From: Sulfurovum sp. enrichment culture clone C5
GTDB taxonomy: Bacteria; Campylobacterota; Campylobacteria; Campylobacterales; Sulfurovaceae
Assembly (NCBI GenBank): GCA_001493195.1
Contig: FAXN01000013.1
Coordinates: 791 to 64,790 of the forward strand
Direction of reading: 5' to 3'
Length of the DNA stretch: 64,000 bases
Part shown: one piece after another, positions 1-9,408 of the stretch
Numbering within the stretch: the stretch's first letter is position 1
How the letters are laid out: each line of letters starts with the position of its first letter
Notes under the pieces: model-generated
What the model was told of the DNA's origin: nothing
The model's database searches: none
Seen by the model: only the letters and a program-made list of their open reading frames with translations
Position numbers and translations under genes: made by a program

Positions 1-414
1 ACTGATAAATTTTTTCAAATTAGATACTTTTCAGATATTAGAGCTAGTGCCGGAGGTGGTGCTGAAGTATTTGGAGAAGATTATGAAATTTTAAATGTGG
101 ATAAAACAATTGTGCAAAATATGGTTGGATTTGGAAATACGAAGCTTGAAGCTATTCATGTTGATGGTGAATCTATGGAGCCAACACTAAGCGATGGCTC
201 GATTGTTTTTATTGACCGTGAACAGATAAATATAAACAAAGATGGTATTTTTATAGCTTCTACAACCGCTGGACTTTTTATAAAAAGGATTAGAAGAAGA
301 GCTGATGGAATGATAGAGCTTATTAGTGATAACAAAGCCTATTCACCAGAAGTTCTCGCTCCTGATGAGGTAAATATTGTTGGTAAAGTGGTTGGTAATA
401 TAGAGAGCCTTTAG
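1..414 (+). CDS. LexA/CI-type S24 peptidase-domain repressor, C-terminal part (5' end lies outside the window)
   Basis: Frame 1 is open from nt 1 (TDKFFQIRYFSDIRASAGGGAEVFGEDYEILN...). 'VDGESMEPTLSDGSIVFIDRE ... GLFIKRI' matches the S24 Ser/Lys signature (GxSMxPT ... KR). Confidence 0.75.
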   Translation, partial: TDKFFQIRYFSDIRASAGGGAEVFGEDYEILNVDKTIVQNMVGFGNTKLEAIHVDGESMEPTLSDGSIVFIDREQININKDGIFIASTTAGLFIKRIRRRADGMIELISDNKAYSPEVLAPDEVNIVGKVVGNIESL

Positions 415-806
415 AGCTTCCCACTTATCTCTCCAAGTGCTTCTTTGGCATTTGTTTTTTCGCCATTATATTTTTTCATTTTTATCCCAAACTCTTTCAT
501 AGAGTTTGCTGTATTTTTACAAGCAGATTTTATGACCAGATACTCGCAATCTTTGATTGCTTCAGACATCAAATCATGTGATTTTATATGCTCCATATCA
601 TCAGCATCATGTTCGCAGACATGTTTTCCACTGTGTTCTTCTTCGTCTACTTCATGTCCTGCCATTTTTGGATTTGCTCTAAGTTCTTCTAGTGTTATAG
701 TTTTAAACATCCCGCCACCTATATTAAAGATAGCGAAAAATGGTGTATGTCCTGCATTTTTTGCAATTCTCAAGCTATCATCTATTACTGGTATAGCCAC
801 TTTCAT
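411..806 (-). CDS. NifX/NifB-C-terminal-like (dinitrogenase FeMo-cofactor-binding family) small protein
   Basis: 'MKVAIPVIDDSLRIAKNAGHTPFFAIFNI' N-terminus and 'YLVIKSACKNTANSMKEFGIKM' C-terminal half resemble the PF02579-type fold. A His/Asp/Glu-rich insert lies in the middle. Confidence 0.5.
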   Translation of the reverse strand: MKVAIPVIDDSLRIAKNAGHTPFFAIFNIGGGMFKTITLEELRANPKMAGHEVDEEEHSGKHVCEHDADDMEHIKSHDLMSEAIKDCEYLVIKSACKNTANSMKEFGIKMKKYNGEKTNAKEALGEISGKL

Positions 807-924
807 ATTTTTCCTTTATTGATAATTATTGTCAGAGTTTAGCATCGCATACTTAATATAATTTGAAAAAAGACAATTTAAGAGTAAATTTGTATGATTT
901 ATATAAAAAGCTAGAGATATGAAT

Positions 925-1380
925 CTATTTTAAATTATTTTCCAACTCTTTTAAGTCTGAGACAAAATCTATACTTTTTATCTTATCGTTATCAAGTTTG
1001 ATTATCGTAAGTTTATCTTCTCTATAAGGATATTTAAAAGCCGTATTTTCATTACTTATAAGTAAAACTAAATAGTTATATTCTCGCATTTTTGGTAATG
1101 CAAAATTAGTTGTAACAAAAGAGGGCATTTGTGAGATATCAGCTAAAAATAACATATTATTATTGGCTAAAAAACCATTATTTTTGTCTTTCATATATTC
1201 ATTAAAAATATAACTACTCTCTTTTTCAAAAGCTATTATTATAGTTGTTGGTAGTTTTGATATATTGTGATCTTTGTCAAATTGATCTTTGAGATTTATT
1301 GGTTCTATTTTTTCTCCAACATTGTATTCATTGGCAAATAACCAAATTGTCAAAAGTAAGATAGTAATAAGTTTTTTCAT
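925..1380 (-). CDS. exported hypothetical protein
   Basis: ORF with N-terminal hydrophobic signal-like segment MKKLITILLLTIWLFA. No recognisable catalytic motif. Confidence 0.55.
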   Translation of the reverse strand: MKKLITILLLTIWLFANEYNVGEKIEPINLKDQFDKDHNISKLPTTIIIAFEKESSYIFNEYMKDKNNGFLANNNMLFLADISQMPSFVTTNFALPKMREYNYLVLLISNENTAFKYPYREDKLTIIKLDNDKIKSIDFVSDLKELENNLK

Positions 1381-1712
1381 TTTAGGCCTTTTATTTTAAA
1401 TCCAAGTTTTATCAAGTTTTCCCTTAGTTTGTCTTGCAGTTCGCCTTGGAACTCAAGTGAATTATCTTTTATTGTTCCTCCAATGGCAAGCGATTTTTTT
1501 AGAGTTTTTAAAGCAACCTCGAGATCTTCACGTGAGAGAAAAAATGGTTTTACAATAGTTATAGTTTTACCATTTCGCTTTTCTTTCGCAAAGTGGAGTT
1601 GGTGTTTATTTGGTGGTTTGATTTCACTTTCTTCTTTTTTTGAAGTAGTTTTATTGTCACTACTCCAACCATCGTCCCACGAGGCACCCATTTCAAAAAT
1701 ATTCTTTTTCAT
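1377..1712 (-). CDS. yciH: SUI1/YciH-family translation initiation factor-like protein
   Basis: C-terminal 'KEKRNGKTITIVKPFFLSREDLEVALKTLKKSLAIGGTIKDNSLEFQGELQDKLRENLIKLGF' is the SUI1 fold signature. I chose the internal ATG (MKKNIFEMG) rather than the upstream TTG of the track ORF. Confidence 0.75.
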   Translation of the reverse strand: MKKNIFEMGASWDDGWSSDNKTTSKKEESEIKPPNKHQLHFAKEKRNGKTITIVKPFFLSREDLEVALKTLKKSLAIGGTIKDNSLEFQGELQDKLRENLIKLGFKIKGLK

Positions 1713-1852
1713 CTTTATCCTATCATTTTTATACAAATATTTTAGCTTGTTTGTTTTGAGGATTTGATTATAATTATTATTTGGCTTATTTTTATTATAA
1801 ATAGTCAAAAATTTAAAAATAAATTGATATTTTATTGATTTATTGATTTCCC

Positions 1853-2323
1853 CTAAACTCCCCCAGATGCCTTTTGTTCTAAAATGTCAATAAAATCTGG
1901 TTCTAGAATAATGATAAATTGTTGATTGTTTTTTTCGTCTGATTGAACATGGTATGTAATAGTTATAGCTATTTCTTTTTTATGATTTGAAAATATTCCG
2001 TTATTTATATCGAAAACTGCTTCAGCTTCACAAGACCTTCTTTGTATAGATTCATCATATCCTATAGAACGAGGCATGTCCAATCGTTTCATAGACGGAG
2101 GCAAAGATAAAGACACCAGAAAAAAATTTGTTAAATTCGTATTTTCACCTATATCTTTTCGCATATCCTTATATAGTGGATTTATTAAAGATGTTACAGA
2201 TTCATCTGAACATTCAGGCAATGGGTACATTAATTTATTATATGTTTTTTGGGCAAAGTTGCTAATTGATGAAAACGATAACAAAAATAAAACTGTTGAT
2301 ACTATTATTATGATTTTTTTCAT
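1853..2323 (-). CDS. exported hypothetical protein
   Basis: Signal-like N-terminus MKKIIIIVSTVLFLLSFSSISNFA. No family recognised. Confidence 0.5.
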   Translation of the reverse strand: MKKIIIIVSTVLFLLSFSSISNFAQKTYNKLMYPLPECSDESVTSLINPLYKDMRKDIGENTNLTNFFLVSLSLPPSMKRLDMPRSIGYDESIQRRSCEAEAVFDINNGIFSNHKKEIAITITYHVQSDEKNNQQFIIILEPDFIDILEQKASGGV

Positions 2324-2428
2324 TTTATCTCCTTATTTAATTTATAAAAGTATATATTGCTATTTTGACAGCATAATGTCTGGTTGTGTATGTTATACTT
2401 TTTACAATAAACTTAATGGAAAAACAGT

Positions 2429-3346
2429 ATGGCATACAAACACGATTATGATAAGATTTTGACAAGATTAGTAACTATTCTTTCCAAACTAAATGACGGA
2501 GAAGCTCTTTCGGTCAAAGAGCTTGCAATAGAATTTAATATCAGTGTAAGAACCGTACAAAGAGATTTTAACGAAAGGCTTACCTCTTTTCCTATCTATC
2601 AAGAAAATAAAAAATGGAAGATGCAAGATGGCTTCAGGCTTGAAAAATCAAAATCTATTGAAGACGAGATAATTTTAGATATCATAGAAAAGATCACAGA
2701 AAGTATAGGCGGTGCATTTGCTTCAAAATCAAACAAATTACTTTCCAAAATAAAGAATGACCAATTCAGTCCAATTTATGCAAAACTAAACATTGAGGAT
2801 ATAACCGATAAAGTAAAAGAGATACAAATACTCGAAACTGCTATAAAACAAAACAGGGAAGTAGCGTTTGTTTATGATAGCGGGAAAAGAAATGAAAAAA
2901 TATCTAGACCGTTAAAAATAGTAAATTTTGAAGGATTTTGGTATTTGTTGGCACAAGACAATGCCATAGTAAAAAAATATTATCTCAAGAATATTTCCAA
3001 TGTAAAGTTGACTGATAGCTTTTTTGAAGTCAGCAAAACATTAGAAGATACACTCAAGAACTCTATATCTATATGGTTTGATGAAAATGCCAAGCCTTTT
3101 GAGGTTAAAATCCTAGCAAATGCTATTGCCGCAAAATATTTCAAAAGAAGACCCCTCCCCACGCAAAGCATAGAATCAATTTACGCCGATGATTCTTTTG
3201 TATTTACGGTTAAAGTTACTCATGAAATGGAGATTATGCCCATAATCAAATATTGGTTACCACATCTTGAGATATTAGAACCACAATGTATGAGAGATAC
3301 ACTAAAAGAAGAGCTTAGAGCCTATATGAGCAATTTGGATAATTGA
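2429..3346 (+). CDS. HTH-WYL-WCX transcriptional regulator (YafY/BrxR/CapW-like architecture)
   Basis: N-terminal wHTH 'LSVKELAIEFNISVRTVQRDFN'. The central WYL-type motif is 'KIVNFEGFWYLLAQDN'. Length of ~300 aa is typical of the family. Confidence 0.8.
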   Translation: MAYKHDYDKILTRLVTILSKLNDGEALSVKELAIEFNISVRTVQRDFNERLTSFPIYQENKKWKMQDGFRLEKSKSIEDEIILDIIEKITESIGGAFASKSNKLLSKIKNDQFSPIYAKLNIEDITDKVKEIQILETAIKQNREVAFVYDSGKRNEKISRPLKIVNFEGFWYLLAQDNAIVKKYYLKNISNVKLTDSFFEVSKTLEDTLKNSISIWFDENAKPFEVKILANAIAAKYFKRRPLPTQSIESIYADDSFVFTVKVTHEMEIMPIIKYWLPHLEILEPQCMRDTLKEELRAYMSNLDN

Positions 3347-3424
3347 TACTCTGTTTGATGTATTAAAAACTCAAATGAGTTAAGTGTTGGAATATGTTTT
3401 TATATTTTATCTTTGTATCTAGTT

Positions 3425-3733
3425 TTATAAATTTACTTCGATATGATGAAACTTCACGATGTTGCTACTTTGAAAAACTTTCCAAAACTCATCCTTGGTT
3501 AGTTTATTTGGATAATCATAACCACAGTTATCAAGTAAAGTTATAAGTGCATGATCTTCGTCTTTGGCTTCGCAGTCAATAAATATTTCTACCATGATTT
3601 TGTCCGTGTTGACTATGAGAACATTTATCTGTCCATCTTTGTCTAGTGAATAGCATGCATCTTGGGCAAGCAGATCAAGCTCATCACTTGAAAATATTTT
3701 TAATAATTTTGGATGGTATTTGTTTGTGCTCAT
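3425..3733 (-). CDS. hypothetical small acidic protein
   Basis: 102-aa ORF on the same strand as, and downstream of, the DUF262 pair. No motif recognised. Confidence 0.45.
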   Translation of the reverse strand: MSTNKYHPKLLKIFSSDELDLLAQDACYSLDKDGQINVLIVNTDKIMVEIFIDCEAKDEDHALITLLDNCGYDYPNKLTKDEFWKVFQSSNIVKFHHIEVNL

Positions 3734-3964
3734 TTATCTGCTTCTGCTTTTTAACTTATGTAGTGTAAGTATAGAGGAGTGCTTAGACAGCTTTATGTCT
3801 GCACAATCCATAAATCTTTTTTCCATTTCTGTATAGTTTAAATATTTCATTGAAATTAAACACTACTCGCTCTTCCATTGTCAATCCTTTGTTATATTTT
3901 TTAGCCACAAAGATTTTGGACATTGCAAACCTCGAGCATATAAAGATTTAGATAAATTCAATAA

Positions 3965-6082
3965 TTATTTCTCCTGTATATATAAACCTTGAATTAATTC
4001 GTTTTTATCTTTAAAATATTCATATTTACCATTTGATTCTATTTCATATTGCCAAACATCATCATAATTATCATAAGTAATTTTTACATTATCATTGTCT
4101 AATGATATGTATTTAATTAATTCTATTGAACTTTGATCTTTATATTCCGCTTGCATAGTTGGAAACTTTTCTTTTGTTTCTAAATATAAAGTGTAAGTAT
4201 AATATTCAGCGTGCAAACCACTTGTCCGCTCTTTACTTAAGAGCAGAATATCTTTTTCAGATTGCATCCTAATTTGATACTGTTTGCAATATTTTAAAAC
4301 CTCATGATATTTAATAAAACCATATCTCCAGTCATTCTCATCAGTAAATCCATCAATAATTTCAATTAAGCTTTTATCATCTTCTAACAAACTTTTTAGA
4401 ATATCCCTCTTATAATGAAAAACTTGTTTCCAATTATCATCTTTTGCCCTTTGACTTTCTGCATTAAAAGAACAAAAAGTTCTATTTTTCCATTCACTTA
4501 TTTCACCGACTAAATAATCACCTTTGGCTAAAAGAGCTCTTTGAAACAAAAATTTCTCTTTATCTTCTTTAAATTCTCTATTGAATTTTTCAAAATATTG
4601 TTTAAATTTTTCAATATTATTACCAGCAATTTCAATTAAAAAACCAATATGTCCATCCAAATAGGAATTTCTCGTTTGCAATTCAGAGTTTATAATTACC
4701 TCTTTCCAATCATTGTTTTCTATAATCAATCTTGCTTTAAGTTGTTCCTCTTGTTGTTGAAACTCTAAACTTCTATGCCCTCTATTCAGTTTTTCAGATG
4801 ATAAAAATTCTTCGGATGATAAATACTCATACAAATTATCAATATGTTCACTCATTGTAGATATAAGTTTTAAAGTGTCTTGAAATTTTTCTAACTTATC
4901 AATATTGTAGTTATCAATAATATTCTTTGTAACTCTTTCCCAATCTTTATATTTATCACTTTCAAAATCTATATTATTTTTATTGGTTAAAAGATACGTT
5001 ACCAAAATATGAAATTTTGCTCTATCCCAATAAGAAATATCTTTTTTTTCTATGAAATTCTCAAAATAAGGAATTGGAATATTCTTTTTGTTTTTTAAAT
5101 CACTTAAGACATCAAGAACCTTTACCAGATTAATTAAGTTTTCATTATTTTCACCACCGAAAATCTTTTGATACACATCTATAATATCAATTTCTTTTAA
5201 ATCTTTTTTTTCAACTAAGGCATTTGATATAATCCCAAGATTAACGGTCAAGTTTGTGAAGAAGTTTAAAAACTTATCATCAATATAGTAGTATCCGTCT
5301 TTATTAGTATCTCCCTTGAAACTCCAAAATAGATCAGTCCATTCATTATCTAATTTTGAAGCCATTTCAGGTTCTAATAATTCTACAAAATTGGATTTGA
5401 AGTTCTCAAAATGAGTTAGAGGTTTACCTCTAGCATTCATTTTTATATAGAGCTCATCACTCAGATTGAAATCATTTAGTGGTAAATAATCAAAAGTTAT
5501 TGGTTGTTTGTCTTCTTTATCACAAATTAAATTATCAAATAAACCTTTAGCATTTTTAAATCTCTCGTGGATCGAATCAAGCATTATCAACATTGATTTA
5601 ATGGTAGGATCTTTTTTCCATGATTTGAAAAACCAATTTTTATCTTCTATTAATGATGATAATTTTTGATTTTCTTCTGGTAAAAAATTAATTTCATCCA
5701 AATTAACTTGAGTTGTTGATAACGCTTTACAAAATTCTCTTGAACTAATTCTTGTTTCGTATGTAAACTTTTGAAGCTTCTCAATTACTTTATCATTTAA
5801 TGTTTCATCTTTGATTGCCAAATACCAATGAAGTAAAAAAAGTGTTGTAAGTCTTTGCTGACCGTCAAGGAGAATAAGTTTGTTATCAATGATTCGTCCA
5901 TACACAAAATCAAGATTTACAGTTTCATGTACATTTTCTATTTTATTATATAAAACATCTAAAAATTTATCTCTAATTTTATTTTCTTCTTCTCTGCCTT
6001 GTGCATAATCTCTTTGAATTATTGGAATTTCTATTGTATTTTCATCTAACAATTTCCAAAAAGTATATTTATTATTCATCAC
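3965..6082 (-). CDS. DUF262 (ParB/GmrS-like NTPase) domain protein without recognisable nuclease domain
   Basis: N-terminus 'IPIIQRDYAQGRE' and 'LLDGQQRLTTLFLLHWYL' (DGQQR motif). In the long C-terminal region I could not find the DUF1524 His-Me motif. The start overlaps the upstream gene by 11 nt. Confidence 0.8.
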   Translation of the reverse strand: MMNNKYTFWKLLDENTIEIPIIQRDYAQGREEENKIRDKFLDVLYNKIENVHETVNLDFVYGRIIDNKLILLDGQQRLTTLFLLHWYLAIKDETLNDKVIEKLQKFTYETRISSREFCKALSTTQVNLDEINFLPEENQKLSSLIEDKNWFFKSWKKDPTIKSMLIMLDSIHERFKNAKGLFDNLICDKEDKQPITFDYLPLNDFNLSDELYIKMNARGKPLTHFENFKSNFVELLEPEMASKLDNEWTDLFWSFKGDTNKDGYYYIDDKFLNFFTNLTVNLGIISNALVEKKDLKEIDIIDVYQKIFGGENNENLINLVKVLDVLSDLKNKKNIPIPYFENFIEKKDISYWDRAKFHILVTYLLTNKNNIDFESDKYKDWERVTKNIIDNYNIDKLEKFQDTLKLISTMSEHIDNLYEYLSSEEFLSSEKLNRGHRSLEFQQQEEQLKARLIIENNDWKEVIINSELQTRNSYLDGHIGFLIEIAGNNIEKFKQYFEKFNREFKEDKEKFLFQRALLAKGDYLVGEISEWKNRTFCSFNAESQRAKDDNWKQVFHYKRDILKSLLEDDKSLIEIIDGFTDENDWRYGFIKYHEVLKYCKQYQIRMQSEKDILLLSKERTSGLHAEYYTYTLYLETKEKFPTMQAEYKDQSSIELIKYISLDNDNVKITYDNYDDVWQYEIESNGKYEYFKDKNELIQGLYIQEK

Positions 6083-7910
6083 CTTTTACCCCATTTACAT
6101 AATTCTTTAAAGTTGTTACTATTGCACTTTTATATTTTTCGGCATCATCTTTGGTCCACTTCTGCAAATCTGTTGCATTCTCTGAATAATATTTCAAAAA
6201 TACATTTTTCGTACAAATTGGGATAAAGGTTCCATTTTTATCATTTTCAATTATAGTGTATCTTTTTATTGCGAAAAAGGCATTACCGTAAGACCTATTA
6301 GTGGATAAATCCAAAAGAGCTAAATTACCAATATCATCTTTATTTAAAGCATCATCACCTTCAAATTCTTTTTGCCTATTATCAAAAAAACTATTGAATT
6401 CTTTCTCTTCCATTCTTAAAACTTCTTCTTTGCTTTTAGTATTTTTATCTTTAATGTCACTTATCCATTCACTCTTTTCTTTTTCAGTCTTTGGATATTT
6501 ATCAGTTTTTGAACGAATATGTTCTATATCCCAATCTTGTTCTTTATATCTATCAAATTGAAATCTTAGATTTGCTTTTTTATTATCAAGTATAGTCTGA
6601 ATATTAAACATAAGCAATACCTTTCGCAAAACATTTGTCTCTCTATATGTTAAATTTTCAATATCAATTTTTTTAAATATTTTCTTGATGTCATTATCTA
6701 AAAATTTTCTAAATTCAGTTTTTGTACTATTTTCTTTGGTGTATTCAGCTATAAAATCAAGCATGGTTTTTTGTGAATATATAACCAAAAAGCCTATTTT
6801 ATGAAAAAATTCTCTATCTTCATACCACTCATTTAGTATTCTAAAATAGTTTTTGACTTCACTCCACAGTTTTTCATAAATAGTTTCTTTCTTTTTTTCC
6901 TCAGCATTTCTCTTATCATTTTGTAAATAATGGTTTATAAGATGAAACTCGTAGTATTTATCTATTGACTGAGATTTTCTTAACTCTTCTAATTCTTCTT
7001 GATTTTCATTGAAGTATTTTTCAGCAATTAGTTCAAATATAAACTCAATCTTAGTTGCTTTCTCATTTTTATCCTTATTGATAAAATACCAAAAATCATC
7101 ATTTTGTAGTGAATACTCTATAAAATCCCATTCAGAAGCTAATTCAAATTGCCTATTTTCTTTGGTAATTTCATTATTGTCATAACCTTGTATTAATAAC
7201 GCTTTTATAAGTTCCGCATTAGTAAGAGGAATCTTCCCCATATTAATTCTAGTAAAGATTTCTATATCTTTATGATATTTATTATTTGTATTTAATAACT
7301 CATTTTCTGCTTCAACTTCGTACCAAATTACTCTAATATTATTTTCAATATCTTTTATCTTTCCACCATTATCTTCAATTTTATGTTTTAATAAGACATT
7401 TAAAAAATCTATTCGATGAATTTTATTTATATGAAACCATTTTTCGATAAAGTCATATGTTTTTTTCATATGAAAAAAATCTATATATTTATCCTCATCC
7501 TTTACATTTGGAAAACTAGATAAAAATTCACCACTTTCTAATCTTGTTTCATAATTGATAGTATATAAATTATCTATATAAAAGTAATCTTTTACTTCTT
7601 TTTCCAAAAATTTTAAAATTATATAAATTGTAGTTAATCTTTGTTGTCCATCTAGGACATCCCATTTATGATCCAAATTTTTACTTTTTTTTACGACTAT
7701 TGGTTGTAAACAATAAAATTCACCGTCTTGTTTGTTCCTTTTAGATGTAAACTCCCATATATCTTCTAATAACTCTTTAACTTGCTGTGTTGTCCATCGA
7801 TATCCTCTTTGATAAGATGGTATAAAAAAACTTTCAGGCTTCCCTTCTTCATTATATAATAATTCGTAAATCGATTTTAATTTTAATTTTTCATCCATTT
7901 TGCCACCCAT
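6072..7910 (-). CDS. GmrSD-family type IV (modification-dependent) restriction-like enzyme, DUF262 + DUF1524
   Basis: DUF262: 'IPSYQRGYRWTTQQVKELLEDIW' and 'VLDGQQRLTTIYIIL'. DUF1524/HNH-like: 'WDIEHIRSK ... IGNLALLDLSTNRSYGNAFFAIKR ... FIPICTKNVFLKYY'. Confidence 0.85.
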   Translation of the reverse strand: MGGKMDEKLKLKSIYELLYNEEGKPESFFIPSYQRGYRWTTQQVKELLEDIWEFTSKRNKQDGEFYCLQPIVVKKSKNLDHKWDVLDGQQRLTTIYIILKFLEKEVKDYFYIDNLYTINYETRLESGEFLSSFPNVKDEDKYIDFFHMKKTYDFIEKWFHINKIHRIDFLNVLLKHKIEDNGGKIKDIENNIRVIWYEVEAENELLNTNNKYHKDIEIFTRINMGKIPLTNAELIKALLIQGYDNNEITKENRQFELASEWDFIEYSLQNDDFWYFINKDKNEKATKIEFIFELIAEKYFNENQEELEELRKSQSIDKYYEFHLINHYLQNDKRNAEEKKKETIYEKLWSEVKNYFRILNEWYEDREFFHKIGFLVIYSQKTMLDFIAEYTKENSTKTEFRKFLDNDIKKIFKKIDIENLTYRETNVLRKVLLMFNIQTILDNKKANLRFQFDRYKEQDWDIEHIRSKTDKYPKTEKEKSEWISDIKDKNTKSKEEVLRMEEKEFNSFFDNRQKEFEGDDALNKDDIGNLALLDLSTNRSYGNAFFAIKRYTIIENDKNGTFIPICTKNVFLKYYSENATDLQKWTKDDAEKYKSAIVTTLKNYVNGVKGDE

Positions 7911-8010
7911 GTTTTGCTGTCTTTGTTATATATTTTTATATGTAATTAAAAATAAATATTACAATATAATACTCATAATTTATTAAAAATAATACTTATC
8001 CGGATGCTTT

Positions 8011-8472
8011 TCAGTCATCCTCGCCAAACTCTTCATCTATTGCCTTTATCCTATTTTTGTGAAACATTATTGCATCTTCATATTCCATAACCCACAATAC
8101 TTTGTTATTTACTGTTGCATCTTTATAAGGATCGCCATATTTTTCGCTTAATGCATTATATACATCACTGCCAATATCAGTATTTATCGCATAACTTCCG
8201 AGATATGGGTATATGAGATAACTATCTGAGACCAGATCAAATACCTGTAAAATCTCAGTATCTGGAAAATTTGTTTTCATAAAATCCAAAAACTCTTTTT
8301 GTGCCACTTTGTCGGTAAACTTTTCTTTTAGATATTTTTCAAACAGATCTTCCTCATCTCTTTTTTTAAAAGCATGAACATTATTGTATATTGTATTAAA
8401 GACTATCCAAATTGTCGGTTTTTTCCTTACGGTTGCTATATATTCATCTATCGTATAAAGTGCTTGAGCCAT
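8011..8472 (-). CDS. hypothetical protein with acidic tail
   Basis: 153-aa ORF, last gene of the Sir2-containing same-strand cluster. The C-terminus is 'AIDEEFGEDD'. No family recognised. Confidence 0.5.
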   Translation of the reverse strand: MAQALYTIDEYIATVRKKPTIWIVFNTIYNNVHAFKKRDEEDLFEKYLKEKFTDKVAQKEFLDFMKTNFPDTEILQVFDLVSDSYLIYPYLGSYAINTDIGSDVYNALSEKYGDPYKDATVNNKVLWVMEYEDAIMFHKNRIKAIDEEFGEDD

Positions 8473-8514
8473 ATTTTCCCTTTTAATAAATTAATTTTAA
8501 TCAAAATAAATAAA

Positions 8515-9332
8515 TTATTCCAATAAAGCTTTTATGCCATCCAATGCACCCATAGGCAAGCCTATGCCAAGTTTCTTTTCTGCATGGTAATCATAAGGAT
8601 TTATGCGTATCAGGTTTGCGCCCGAAAGTTTTTTAGCCAATTGATCGCCATAAACTTGTACGGTGGGGATTGCCGTACCTGCTCCGATTTCAATGATGAC
8701 TATTTTTTTTAAACGGTTTTGTTTTATCCATCTATTAAATTTTTCTTTTTGGTTTAGCATTCTTGAAGCTTTCCAGCCGAAATCACTAAACATAAGGATA
8801 TTCGGCCTTGCTAGTTCACCGCATATTTTACATATAGGTAAATTTAATGCTTGAAAATTATCCATATCAACAGTTATGTTTTCATATTCAGCGTTCCATA
8901 TCCCGTGAGATATGTATCTAGTGCACTGAAAATGGTGTATGCTGCCATGAATTTCGCAAATTTTATCTTCGCTAAATCCTGCCTTTTGAAACTGTCCGTC
9001 TACATTTGAAGTAAAAATAAAATAGTTGTCATTTTTTTTGTTAAATCCAAAAGCATTCTGAAACCATCATGAGGAATAGTTTTTCTATACAGATCAAGCC
9101 TGTGCCCATAAAAAGCCCATACAAGTTTTGGATTATCGATAAATAACTTTTGGTTTGCCATTTCACTGAAATTAAGCCCCAGTTTTTCAATGGGCGGATA
9201 AGCTTTCCAAAAGCCTTCGTCTCCCCTGAAATCAGGCAATCCGCTATCAACCCCGATCCCTGCTCCAGCAGTAATTAGTATTGCATCTGCTTGTTGTATC
9301 AATTCTCTGGCATTCTTAATATCAATATTCAT
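8515..9332 (-). pseudogene. sirtuin-type Sir2 NAD-dependent deacylase/ADP-ribosyltransferase, interrupted by a 1-nt frameshift in an A8 run
   Basis: The N-terminal ORF carries 'ITAGAGIGVDSGLPDFRGDEGFWKAYPP'. After the A8 tract (T8 on + strand, 9032-9039) the other frame reads 'NDNYFIFTSNVDGQFQKAGFSEDKICEIHGSIHHFQC...VDMDNFQAL...' and runs without a stop into the 8515-8865 ORF. Confidence 0.85.
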
Positions 9333-9408
9333 TTATAGCCTTATATGGTTTTATTTATTTTATATTTTTTTCAAGAAAGCTTTATGTCCGTTTTGCAAAA
9401 ATACAATT

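Noticed and set aside
1-3400. A prophage at the left edge, suggested by the S24 repressor fragment. A CI-like HTH also lies at 37477-37695.
   Set aside because: No integrase, terminase, capsid, tail or lysis genes are visible in the window. Isolated repressor-like genes are common. The left boundary lies outside the window, so the idea cannot be evaluated.
9041-9250. Track ORF 9041-9250 (-) inside the Sir2 N-terminal region.
   Set aside because: It is an alternative frame of the Sir2 coding sequence with no motif. The frame carrying GAGIGVDSGLPDFRG is clearly the real one.
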